A DNA stretch of 64,000 nt from Dipteris shenzhenensis. Taxonomy: Eukaryota. The stretch lies in NCBI GenBank assembly GCA_047967505.1, contig CM106538.1. One strand, given 5' to 3'. Made by a program: the position numbers and the translations under genes. The notes beneath the pieces are model-generated. The model searched no databases and was not told where the DNA came from. It saw only the letters and a list, made by a program, of their open reading frames with translations. Position 1 is the stretch's first letter. Every line of letters begins with the position of its first letter. Of this stretch, positions 21,860 to 34,859 are shown one piece after another.

Positions 21860-23800
21860 CATGATGTTGAGCATGGTTTCTCAACACTTTCCCTCAAGAT
21901 CAACATCATGAAGTAGGCCTTCCCTCAAGATGATGATTCTCGGGAATTGAAGAAAGACTAAGCATTACATTCCATCACACCCCTTTAATGGGAATGTCCT
22001 TCCTCTGAGTCAAACCAAGAGCTTGTCGGTGTTTCTTGAAAAGCTTTTTACAGAGTGGTTTGGTAAAGATGTCTGCAACATTCTCTCTACTATCACAATG
22101 CTGCAGTGTGATGTCACCAAGTAACACTCTTTCTCTGATGAAGTGTCCTGGAGTGATATAATGGATTCTTGGCCAATGCTTGAGTCGATTGATTATCACA
22201 CTATATTGTTGTTGGCTTTGATTCATCAAAGCAGTCTGTTTCTGACAATAGGCTTCTGAGTCATATAGCCTCACATGTACCTATAGTGAGTGCCCGATAT
22301 TGCTTTAGTCAAAGACAAAGAAACTATTGGCTATTTATTTGACAACCATGATATAGCACCTTGATCAAGGAAAAATGCATATCCCTATGTCGATCTCCTA
22401 GTCTCATGATCTTCGGCATAGTCACTGTCATAGTATCCATGCAACCTTGGATGACTTCCTCTGTATTCTCAAATATATAGAAGATCCGATGAGCTGTCGA
22501 TAGTACCTATCATTAACTGTAGGCTTGTTTGAATCTTTTCTAAGTTTCAAACTTTGTTCCATGGGAGTGGCTGCAATCTTGCAATCTGCCATATGAAACT
22601 TCTTCAAGAGATTATCAACATACTTTAGCTGACTCATGAAGATGCTGTCTGAATCTTTCAAGAATTCAATACCAAGACAATAGTGCATAAGTCCAATATC
22701 TTTCATGTCGAACTCTACAGACAAGTCTTGTTTCAACCTTTTGTTGATATCACTAGTGACACTGATGAGCAGATGGAATGTGTACCAGCTCCATGTCAAG
22801 AATGCTTTTCTCAATGGTTACCTAGATGAGGAAGTCTACATGCAACAACCAGTAGGTTATGTTGAACCAGGAAAAGAGAATCATGTTTACCATCTCAAGA
22901 AAAGTCTCTACGGCTTTGAGAAAGCACCCAAAAGCTGGTACAACTGAATCGACAAGTATTTTGTTGATCTGAGATACATGAAATCCAATGGAGATCATAC
23001 TCTCTACTATAAAGTTCAAGGGGAAGACATTACTTTTTCACTTTTGTACGTAGATGATCTGATTGTGCCTAGAAGCAAGGATAGTTGGGAATAGCCAAGT
23101 GTTGAGAGGAGGAGAAAGAGGGGAGAGACAAACATAATAGTTGCTCCCAAGGAACTGATTCTATTCATAGATCATAGGCATGACCGGTTTCACTGCTGTT
23201 GTCAAAACTATGGTTTCTCAGTGTGAGAATCTTGGAAGTGTTCTTGGACTTATAGAGAGCTATGAACATATCCCATGCTTCTTTTGATGTCTTGAATGTG
23301 TTGAGTTGTCCTAGCATGACATTTTGCACATTCTACTTGATTAGATGATATGCATACTTGTCTTTCTTATCCCATTCTACCTATGCTCGGGCAATGGTAG
23401 GATCTGCTACAGGTGTGGTCACTATTGGTGTAGCTGGAGATCCTACTACTGGAGCTGCGATAGAAGGTGGAGTAGAGCTACTGCTGGTTGGATCATCCAA
23501 TGGTCTAGGTGTAGATCCATCGACATACTCCCATTTGTCTTGAAGTAAATGTTGGTGTAGTTGGAGATCCCGCTGGCATATTCCATTGCTGGTGCTATAA
23601 CAAGAGGTGGAGTAGAGCTACTACTGGCTGGGTCGTCCAATGGTCCAGGTGTAGACCCATCAACATACTCCCATTTGTCCTAAAGTATAATAATGGTCTC
23701 CATTCTGAAGAGGTGAGTGGGATAGAAGAGGTGCATAGTGACACAAAGAGAGAGCTCAAGTGGCACAAAATCAAAATGTATTGAAATGAAGGAACAACCT
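21860..23800 (-). mobile_element. Rearranged copia remnant (gag, RT, RNase H pieces; internal inversion), copy 1
   Basis: Minus strand: ADIFTKPL, PPT aaagggggtg, FDMKDIG, WEYVDG gag. Plus-strand RT piece ([19 protein letters not shown]...YVDD) at ~22760-23075. Confidence 0.85.
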
Positions 23801-23978
23801 CCATTATATAGAGTGGAGAGGAAGGTGTCCTAGATCATAGGCACCTCCCCTACATCAATGGCAGTTAGCCCCTACATCATAGGAATTGGCTAAATCAAAG
23901 GAACCTCCCATGTGGGGGCCTTTGTACTTACATCATCATTTATGTCATGGTCTAGACACCTCATACCACTAGGTGTGC

Positions 23979-24017
<39 letters not shown>

Positions 24018-24734
24018 GACTCCCCTAGATGCACACATGCACCTTATAGGATGCCATGACCAGTTTCATGCGATGTATACAAACATAGCAAATATTCAAG
24101 TAATTTTTTCTATTGTACCAAGGATTAATGTATGAGGAAATTGCTTCGACCACTCCAAAGATGGGTTGCAAAAGTAGTTGATGTGCAAAGAGATGATCAA
24201 GGAGAGCTACAACATTTACAGTGGTATGGTATGAGCCAAAGGGCAGGAAGGAGAATATGGATAATAACACATTGTATACTAATTGTATAATGAAGGAGTG
24301 AGTCCCAAATGATGAAGTGGTCTCACAAGTTTCGACGGAGACAATCAAAGTGTCTTGGCATTCAAGGGCAAAGAAATCAAAGAAATGCATGGGATATGAG
24401 GTAGAAGGAAAAATAAAAATACCACAGCAAAGTATTTTAAGGATGCAATTTCTAAAATAGGATTATTTCAAATTCTTGCATGTTAGTGTAAAAGTATAGA
24501 TTGAAAAAACAAGATTTTTATGTGAATATGATAGTGCCACAAAGTGAACTTTTGATTTGGGAAGAATATTTTCAGAAAGTAAAATTTTGATTTGGGGAGG
24601 ATATTTTCACAAAGTAAACTTTTCATTTGGGAAGGATTTTTGGGCTTCATCCAAAAACAACAGAAAAAGTCCAAAATTAATGAAATAAGTGTTTATAGCA
24701 ATCTATTGGGTTAGTGCTATGCACATACGATTGC

Positions 24735-26690
24735 ATGATGTTGAGCGTGGTTTCTCAACACCTTCCCTCAAGGTCAACATCATGAAGTAGGCCTTCCCTC
24801 AAGATGATGATTCTCGGGAATCAAAGAAAGACTGAGCATTACATTCCATCACACCCCTTTAATGGGAATGTCCTTCCTCTGAGTCAAACCAAGAGCTTGT
24901 CGGTGTTTCTTAAAAAGCTTTTTACATAGTGGTTTGGTAAAGATGTCTGCAACATTCTCTCTACTATCACAATGCTATAGTGTGATGTCACCAAGTAACA
25001 CTCTTTCTCTGATGAAGTGTCCCGGAGTGATATAATGGATTCTTGGCCAATGCTTGAGTCGATTGATTATCACACTATATTGTTGTTGGCTTTGATTCAT
25101 CAAAGTAGTCTGTTTCTGACAATAGGCTTCTGAGTCATATAGCCTCACATGTACCTGTAGTGAGTGCCCGATATCTGCTTTAGTCAAAGACAAAGAAACT
25201 GTTGGGGGCTGTTTATTTGACAACCATGATATAGCACCTTGATCAAGGAAAAATGCATATCCCTGTGTCGATCTCCTAGTCTCATGATCTTCGGCATAGT
25301 CACTGTCATAGTATCCATGCAACCTTGGATGACTTCCTCTGTATTCTCAAATCTATAGGAGATCCGATGAGCTGTCGATAGTACCTATCATTGACTGTAG
25401 GCTTGTTTGAATCTTTTCTAAGTTTCAAACTTTGTTCCATGGGAGTGGCTGCAATCTTGCAATCTGCCATATGAAACTTCTTCAAGAGATTATCAACATA
25501 CTTTAGCTAACTCATGAAGGTGCTGTCTGAATCTTTCAAGAATTCAATACCAAGACAATAGTGCATAATTCCAATAGCTTTCATGTCGAACTCTGCAGAC
25601 AAGTCTTGTTTCAACCTTTTGTTGATATCACTAGCGACACTGATGAGCAGATGGAATGTGTACCAGCTCGATGTCAAGAATGCTTTTCTTAATGGTTACC
25701 TAGATGAGGAAGTCTACATGCAACAACCAGCAGGTTATGTTGAACCAGGAAAAGAGAATCATGTTTACCATCTCAAGAAAAGTCTCTACGGCTTAAAGAA
25801 AGCACCCAAAAGTTGGTACAGCTGAATCGACAAGTATTTTGTTGATCTGGGATACATGAAATCCAATGGAGATCATACTCTCTACTATAAAGTTCAAGGG
25901 GAAGACATTACTTTTCCACTTTTGTACGTAGATGATCTGATTGTGCCTAGAAGCAAGGATAGTTGGGAATAGCCAAGTGTTGAGAGGAGGAGAAAGAATG
26001 GAGGAGGAGGGGAGAGACAAACATAATAGTTGCTCCCAAGGAACTGATTCTATTCATAGATCATAGGCATGACCAGTTTCACTGCTGTTGTGAAAACTAT
26101 GGTTTCTCAGTGTGAGAATCCTTGAATTGTTGTTAGACTCATAGAGAGCTATGAACATATCCCATGCTTCTTTTGATGTCTTGAATGTGTTGAGTTGTCC
26201 TAGCATGACATTTTGCACATTCTACTTGATCAAATGATATGCATACTTGTCTTTCTTATCCCATTCTACCTGTGCTCGGGCAATGGTAGGATCTGCTACA
26301 GGTGCGGTCACTATTGGTGTAGCTGGAGATCCTACTACTGGAGCTACGATAGAAGGTGGAGTAGAGCTATTGCTGGTTGGATCATCCAATGGTCTAGGTG
26401 TAGATCCATCGACATACTCCCATTTGTCTTGAAGTAAATGTTGGTGTAGTTGGAGATCCCGCTGCATATTCCGTTGCTGGTGCTATAACAAGAGGTGGAG
26501 TAGAGCTATTGCTAGCTGGGTCGTCCAATGGTCCAGGTGTAGACCCATCGACATACTCCCATTTGTCCTAAAGTACAATAATGGTCTCCATTCTGAAGAG
26601 GTGAGTGGGATAGAAGAGGTGCATAGTGACACAAAGAGAGAGCTCAAGTGAGGCAAAATCAAAGTGTATTGAAATGAAGGAACAACCTCC
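24735..26690 (-). mobile_element. Rearranged copia remnant, copy 2
   Basis: Duplicate of 21860-23800, with GYYDSDYA RNase H and [11 protein letters not shown] motifs. Confidence 0.85.
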
Positions 26691-27323
26691 ATTATATAGA
26701 GTGGAGAGGAAGGTGTCCTAGATCATAGGCACCTCCCCTACATCAATGGCAGTCAGCCCCTACATCATAGGAATTTGCTAAATCAAAGGAACCTCCCATG
26801 TGGGGGCCTTTGTACTTACATCATCACTTATGTCATGGTCTAGACACCTCATAGCACTAGGTGTGCTTCACACACACACACATATGACTCCCCTAGATGC
26901 ACACATGCACCTTATAGGACGCCATGACCAGTTTAATGCGATGTATACAAACATAGCAAATATTCAAGTAACCTTTTCTATTGTACCAAGGATTAATGTA
27001 TGAGGAAATTGCTTCGGCCACTCCAAAGATGAGTATGCAAGGGTAGTTTGAGATGTCCACAAAGCCAGGGTTAAACGTCACTTGCGTAGTGTAAGGAAGC
27101 CATAGCAACACAATAGGAAGGCCCATAAAGATCTTGCAAATCAAGAACCAATAATCTAAAAACACAACGAGCATCTGGGCATCCGGAAGTACCGAACACT
27201 TGGGCATCTAGAAGTACTAAACAACTGGGTAGCCAGAAGTACCGAACAACCAAAAGTATAACGAGCATAAGCCACACACGTATGAAAAGAGGCAAGCTGG
27301 TGTGGATTAGACACAACTTACAT

Positions 27324-27569
27324 CTCGGGGGGTTCAGTCATCATATGTAACCCTATCACGTGAGTTCAACAGAAGGATATTTTTTATTTCTAAAATTTAC
27401 AGAAATATATATACATAAGGGACTATTTAAAATAGTTTTGGAAAAAATTTACAGATTTGTATAGAAAAGGGGTACATATTATTAGTGAAAAATTCACAGA
27501 TAAGGGATTTTAGAAATATGCCTTGAACGCACGTGGTATACAGGGTTTATACATAGTGACCCCCCCGAG
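27324..27569. mobile_element. MITE, 246 bp, CTCGGGGGG termini, 8-bp TSD acttacat
   Basis: TSD at 27316-27323 and 27570-27577. An empty-site paralog (acttacataatcatagcggg) lies at ~27696. Confidence 0.9.
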
Positions 27570-27799
27570 ACTTACATAATCATAGCGGGAATGAAATAAC
27601 AACGTTCTCACATCCGGAAGTACCGAACAACCAAAAATACAACAAGGATAAGCTACACACAAATGACAAGAGGCAAGCTGGTGTGGATTAGACACTACTT
27701 ACATAATCATAGCGGGAATAACAACCGGGAAGATGAGCATCTAAGATTACAAAGAACATCCGGAAGTAACTGAGAAAATGAGCATCCGAGAATGGTGAT

Positions 27800-28550
27800 C
27801 ACGTCCAAATGAGTACTCAATAGTAATCCATATGTGCCACATCCAAATGAGTACTTAATAAATTATCCATATGTGCCATGTCCAAACGAGTACTCAAGAA
27901 GTAATCCATATGTGTTCATAAATATTGTCACCTTAAAGACCCACATCCAAATGAGTACGCAACAAGTAATCCATAGATGCCACATTCAAACGAGTACTCA
28001 ATAAGTAATCCATATGTGTTCATCGTGAAAGCCATATAAGTATGTGTCATGTCCAAATGAGTACTCAATAAGTAATCCATATGTGTTCATCGTGAAAGCC
28101 ATATAAGTATGTATCACATCCAAATGAGTACTCAATAAGTAATCCATATGTTCCATGTCCAAATGAGTACTCAATAAGTAATCCATATGTGTTCATCTGA
28201 AAGACTTCATGTCCAAACGCGTACGTAATATGACCACATCAAAATGAGTACTCAATAAGTAATCCATATGTGTTCATCGTGAAAGTCAGATAAATATGTG
28301 TCACATCCAAACGAGGACTCGGTAACAATCCATGTGCCACGTCTAGACGAGTACTCAAGTAGCCATATGCCACGTCTAGACAAGTTCTCAAGCAGTTAGC
28401 CATATGTATTCATAAATATTGTCACTTGAAAGACGTTGAACCTTTCCACGTTTAAATGAGTACTTAATAAGTAATCCATAGGTGCCATGGCCAAACAAGT
28501 ACTCAATAAGTCAGCCATATGTGTTCATCGTGAAAGACATATAAGTATAC
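27800..28550. repeat. Minisatellite built on ccaaatgagtactcaataagtaatccatatgtg
   Basis: About 14 degenerate units of ~37-65 bp with palindromic core tgagtactca. Confidence 0.9.
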
Positions 28551-29672
28551 CTCACCACATAAAGGGCGGAATAAAAGGGCAAAATAAAAGTATGCCTTGC
28601 TTGAAGATATTAGGTGAACCAATAAGTAAATACATACCATAAGTCATCAATAAGTTAATCGACAAAGAAGGAACATACCGCTGGTCTAGTAAGACCTTGC
28701 ATATACTCATAAATATAGATGAGTATGAAAGAGAAAGCAGATGCACTCATGCTGTAGGTATGCAATGTGAATTTACTCCATTGAATGGTATCTAGGTACC
28801 TGTGCAAACCTGTAGGTACTCGGAGACACAACTGAGTGTGATGAAAGAGAACATATGAGCTCAGCCTGGACACAAACGAGTGCCTTGAAAATGACAAGGA
28901 AGCATGTGAGAAGGGCCTTTGCATATGTGAAGTAACACATCCAAGAAGTGATGATATCAAAGCTAAATAGAAAAGAAACATTGAAAGAAAACATGTTAGC
29001 ATGTTAACAATACAAAACATTTGGCAAGTCCTTTTCTTCCATAGGATGGACCAGCTTGTGAAAGTGAAGCTAGTGTTGAATACATTCAACGAGCAAGTCA
29101 AGCAAGGTGTAAGCTTATAAGGGAGAAAGAAACATTAGATCCACATTTTCTTTTGCATAGTAAGCACACCTACATGATTAGCACATCAGCCCAGAATGAC
29201 AAGAAAGTGTTTACGATGAGGAACCTCCAAGCAGTAATAAATAAAAAGCTCAATATCAAATCTTTACCCTACTCCAGATCAAATACAATGGATGGTCTAT
29301 ACGCATGCTTGATTGAAAAAAGATGGAAGATAACCTTCTTTCAAAATCATAAGATAATCGAAAGTAACTCTCACCTTCAAAATAACACAAAACATTTAGG
29401 AAATCAAAAGTACATGATAAGATAATCGAAAAAAATCTAGCCTTCAAAACAATACAAAATATTTTGGAAGCTCCTTTAAATCAATCAGCTCACGCTGAAA
29501 GTAAAGCTTGATATAGAATATTTGGCATGTCTATTTAACCAAGATTCATGGAAACTTGAACTAACTGTAGCTAAACTTGTTAGTAGAACATAATAATACA
29601 TGTATTATAATTTTGTGAATAAAACATGAAGCATATTAATGTAGTGGAATACAAATAACATAACCTTTCAAG

Positions 29673-32600
29673 TGGGATATCAAGGACAAAGCATTGTACT
29701 AAACTACGATGATATTGTTGGGTTTTTATCTTCATACTTGTACCTTCTATGGAAGTGCTGGTGGTTGGTAGGTGGGTCGGGGCACTTTTTACTTTCCTTA
29801 TGGAAGGTTTTTTTCCCCCAGGCTAATAATAGCCCATGTGACCTCATTCTGAGGCTAGGGGCACTCTGTTTTAGCCTAGTTAGCACTTTGTGCTTAGAGG
29901 TGTGCTTAGTAGGCACAAACCTATCCTTTGGGTTGTGTGCATATCTTTCCTTTGTACTTGCACATCTTTCGATTCTATTGCAACACACTCCAGCAGTGAG
30001 AGCTTCACTCCCACTTGTGTACTCATTCCCTTGCTTTCTTGCTCCCGTATTTCTTACATTTGGTATCAGAGCGTCAGGTTTCACTCTCCCGTGAGCCTCC
30101 AGTCACTTCCCTGATCACGTGGGCACCCGGAAGACACCTTGAAAGTCTGAAATCAGTCAGCAGCTGCAGGAATTTCAAATCATCGCCATTTTTCTTGCAT
30201 CAGGAAGCTTTTGCACTCAGTTTCGTCGCCGAAAACTTGACCCAGGAGCTTCCCAGAGTTGCTGCGTAGCCATTCCAGCCTGCTGTTGACGTTTTCCAGC
30301 CCTGCTCAGGGTCAAAACTGCTGAAAACAGCTGCGAAATACTTTCCTGCAGCACGTGGGTAAGAAAAAACTTATTTTTCAGCACTATCCTCTCTTCCCGA
30401 AGCTTGTGGGTACCTGCAGGTGTCCATTCCAGGCTTGGAAATTGGGGATTTCTCCTTCTGTGAACTGCTGTAGCAGAAATTGGTGTGTGGGCAGCAAGAA
30501 TCCACTCTATTGGTTGAAAAATTGCCCTCCAATCAAGGGGCTTTCTGCGTTTTCTTGGTTGTATGCCTTGTTTATGCTTGGTACAGCAAGGAAAGTGTTT
30601 TTTTCACTCAAGCATTGAGTGTATAAATTGGGGATTTTATACCTAATACAGTTCAAGAAGGTGCATTGGGAACTATACATTGGATGCTTTGCACTCAGTT
30701 TGAACACCGAGAAGGGATTTACAGATTTGGGACAACAAGTTAATGCAGTGACATTGCTCTTGTGCAGTGGAAGGGTGAAGTACTGAGGTTGTGCCCATCT
30801 CGGAAGAGATTTTTTATTTGAGGTCTCTATTTTATTTCCTTGTAGGTGATCTTTGCAATGACACATATTGCCATGGGGAAAGATGGTGTGCTTGATTTAC
30901 TTTCGGCCGAGAACAAACTTGATGGCAGTAACAACTACCCTTTGTGGTCATACATGATGAAGCACATACTTGTAGCCAATGGGCTGAGCAAGATTGTCGA
31001 AGGTATTGAGGTTAGACCTGGTACACATACTACATCACAGGATGATGACTCTGCTACTACTTCTACTATCACATCTGGTAGAAGGATACCTCCTCCACCA
31101 CCGGTACCATCCACTGAGGCTCAACAAAAGTGGGATGAGAAAGATGCAAAAGCACATGCGATGATTGCATTGTCTGTGAAGACTGGTATTATTCCACATA
31201 TACGGTCTTGCCAGACGGCAAAGGATGCATGGGATTGTTTGGCTAATTTGTACCAGGTACAAAATGAGGCCAAAGTTGCCTATCTCAAAAGGCAACTAGA
31301 GCATCTTGTTATGCATGAGGGAGATGCTATGGATGATTTTCTCACCAAGTTCAAGGACTTGCATGAACAGTTGATCTCTCTTGGGGAGGAGATGTCAGAT
31401 GATGGCTCCTTAATCACCATTATCCTTAATGGTATTCCTGATTCTTATCAGTCTCTTGCGTCCACGCTACGTCTTATCATGAAAGGGAATCCAGACTCTT
31501 TCAAGCTTGATGACTTGGTGCAGGTGTTGTTGCAAGAAGAGCAATCAAGGGAGAACAGGAGTATCTTGAAGGAAGGGGATCAAGCCTTTTATGCAGGGCA
31601 AAAGGGAAAGGAAAAGGCTGCAAATAAATGGGCTGGAAAGGGCAAAACAGCACATAATCAGCCCTCTCCCAGTGTGGAGAAAGGGGATGCAAAGGGTAAG
31701 AAAAAGGGCAAGTGTCACTATTGCAGGAAGCCAGGGCATTACATCAGTGAATGTCGCAAGAGGCTTGCAAAGGAGAAGGAAAAGGGCACTAAATCTGAAG
31801 CTAATGTTGCAGTCATGGATACACATGCAGGTGAGAAGCAAGAAGTTGCAAATTATACTCACATTACTCATGATGACTATGATGAGGAGTGGGCATTCAT
31901 GGTAATTTGCAGCTATGATCCTTCCATGCATGATGATGTTTGTCTCTCTGTGGCTAGTACTCAGGAGTGGTACTTTGACAGTGGTGCTAGTAAGCACATT
32001 ACAGCGCAGAGAGAGTTATTTTCAGATCTTGTGACTACCTCACAGGGAGGTATGGTCACATGTCAATAACTCCAGCTATCCGGTGCAGGGAGTTGGAAAG
32101 GTTGTATTGCATTCAGCCCACGGTGGCTCCTTCACATTGAGTCACGTGTTGTATGTGCCAGGTATCAGGAAGAATCTAATATCCGTCCCTGCAGTTGCCT
32201 TGGGAGGATTAGATGTGAGATTCTCAGGACCCAAATGCACAGTGCATGATCTTGAGGATGCAGGTACCATAGTGGCATCAGGGACACTCCGCAGAGGGTT
32301 GTACAGGCTGGATCATTATGTAGCAGGTTCTCATGATGCTATGGCAGTGGTAAGCACGGAAGAAAGGGCCAATGCTGAATTGTGGCATGCATGGTTTGGT
32401 CACTTGAACTTCAAGAGCTTGCAGAGACTCCATACACATGACATGGTGGTAGACATGCCACATATACATGCCCCTGGTAGACATGTTTGTGAGGGGTGTA
32501 TATTGGGAAAGATGCATCGGGCTCCATTCCCGAAAGATGCCACTGTAAGGGCTGTCCGGAAATTACAGCTTATACACAGTGATGTGTGTGGTCCCATGAG

Positions 32601-33590
32601 GACACGCAGTCTTGGTGGTTACTCATATTTTATCACCTTCATTGATGATTTCACATGCTTTACGTGGGTGTATCTTTTGAGGCATAAGTCAGAGGTGTGT
32701 GCCAGGTTTAAGGATTTCATTGTCATGCAGGAAAATCAAACCTCAGAGAGGGTGGGTACTTTGCGTACCGATAGAGGTGGAGAATATATGTCAGATGCCT
32801 TTCATGGTTTTTTGGCAGAAAAGGGGATTATTCATCAATGTACAGTGCCATACACCCCCCAGCAGAATGGGAAGGCGGAATGCAAGAACCGTACTAAGAT
32901 GGAAATGGCACAGTGTATGATCAAGGCTAAGGGCCTGCCCCCAAGTTTTTGGTTGGAAGCAATCATTTGCAGCAATTATGTGTTGAACAGGTGTCCAACC
33001 AAAGCTCTCTAGAACATCACACCTTATGAGGCATGGACAGGCAGGAAACCTTCAGTTCAGCATTTGAGGGTGTTTGGATGCATGGCATATACACTTATCC
33101 CTGAGCACAAGCGGGGGAAGCTTGATGACAAGGCTGTAAAATGCATTTTTGTTGGCTATAGCTCTGAGAGCAAAGGCTACCAGCTGTACCACCTAGGTAC
33201 ACGGAAGATTATTGTGAGCAGAGATGTAGTATTTGCGGAGGATTCAATCCTGCCAATGCAGTCCATTAGGCAGCAGCCTGCAGTTTATTCACGTGACATC
33301 TTTGAGTTTTTATTGCCTCAGAGGGAGGAAAACACAGCCCCACATTTGGTGCCTGTGGAAGAGCCTGTGACAACAACAACGCAGCCCACTAATGTGCAGG
33401 AAATCAATGAACAAGAAATTACAGTTGGTTTGCAACCAACTAATCTTGATGTGCCTGAATCTTCCAGAAGGGTACCTAGGTGGCTCACAGAGACACTAAA
33501 GGACAGCCCTCTTGATATGCCTTTGTCAAGCAGGACAAGATTGGGTGCACGCAGAGCTCAGGGTCTTTGTACTGAGTATGCTTTGGAGAG
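29673..33590 (+). mobile_element. Ty1/copia LTR retrotransposon, 3'-truncated (5' LTR ~29673-30058, PBS 30061-30072)
   Basis: PBS tggtatcagagc (Met-i); gag, zinc knuckle CHYCRKPGHYISEC, protease WYFDSGAS, GAG-pre-integrase and integrase. RT is absent. Confidence 0.92.
30858..33590 (+). pseudogene. copia gag-pol (gag-PR-IN), disrupted
   Basis: Frameshift near 32069, stop at 33010-33012, truncated before RT. Confidence 0.9.
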
Positions 33591-33877
33591 CACAAGTCAT
33601 ATGATCAGAATTATTTACCTCTTTATTGTTTTGGATCTTTTTAATTTCTTCTTGAACCCTAATTTATATCTGATTTTGATCTTGCCAATGTACTGTGATC
33701 TCCAGCCACCTCATTCTCACTATGACCCTCACTAGTCCAGGATTGTGTCAAACACTAGCACATTGGCCAATCGACTGAACCGTTGATGGTTTCATTTCTT
33801 CCAAACAAAGAAGAAGCATCTAAGCTAGAGAGCACATGTTAGATGGAGGCATTCTAAACCAAAAGGTGACTGTTTGA

Positions 33878-33881
<4 letters not shown>

Positions 33882-33946
<65 letters not shown>
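33882..33946. repeat. (CT)n microsatellite
   Basis: About 32 perfect TC units. Confidence 0.98.
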
Positions 33947-33951
<5 letters not shown>

Positions 33952-34859
33952 CGCTTCTTTGTTTTTGACCTTTTACCTCTACATATGATTTTTACAAACT
34001 ACAACAGGTGAGTGTTCTCTCTCTCTCTCTCCTCTTCTTCTTTTTTGAGTTTTTCCTTTGCATATGACTTTTATATATGACTGAACTGTAACTCTATTGT
34101 TAAATAGAAGCAAACATGTCTCCAAAAAAAAACATGAGGTCGGGAGGAAAGATCAACGAATCCAAGAAAGAGCCTCAGATCCTATCTCCAACAAAGAGAA
34201 CTATAACAAAGGAAAAGGGGAAGGGCAAGCCACTTCAAACCCTATCAATTACAATTGGGGTGAAGCATGGGTGGAAGTTAGTCCTTAAAGCTAGGCCAAA
34301 AGTCTAGCAGGACATGGAGCAATGGATGCAAGACACCTGGGGCACCCAGGACAAGGTAAGCCAACGAGGCTATCACATTAGAATCCTCAAGTAAGATTTC
34401 TATGAAGACTTTATTTTTGTTTATAGAAGGATATACCAGACTTTATTTTTGTTTCTAGAAGGATATACCAAACTAGAACAATCATGAACAATGAGGTGGC
34501 ACTGTAGTGGCTCGAGCTTATGCAGCATCTATTCATGCCACTGAGGTGGATTGACACAAATTTTCCCACCATTGAGAAACCAATGTGAGGAGTGCTAATC
34601 AGGACAACACCTGTATCGAATAGGAGAATGTTGTGGGAACCCTGTTGGAAGGCCTTACAAAGGAACATCCTATGAAGAGGGACCTGAGTACTATGGTGTG
34701 AGACATCAACTAAGGATTAGCAAGTGGTCTTATCTGATTGGAAGAGAACGGTGGGGGAGGAGAAACAAATATTGATGTCAAAATTAGAAATGGTTGTTGC
34801 TACATGTGAGTCAAAAGCCACAAAACACATCAACTCAATTAAACACACAGCCAACTAAG

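Larger units (their letters stand above)
20637..27031. repeat. Tandem segmental duplication (copy 1 ~20637-24161, copy 2 ~24162-27031 lacking ~20922-21572)
   Basis: Near-identical sequence and duplicated ORF calls (21609/24483, 22705/25583, 23358/26247). Confidence 0.95.

Noticed and set aside
27800-28550. CRISPR-like array
   Set aside because: The spacers are themselves repeated and the repeats degenerate. There are no cas genes and the context is eukaryotic.
28620-29250. Possible spliced minus-strand gene remnant (KLVHP peptide like the H3-fusion linker)
   Set aside because: The match is only five residues and no consistent frame could be built.
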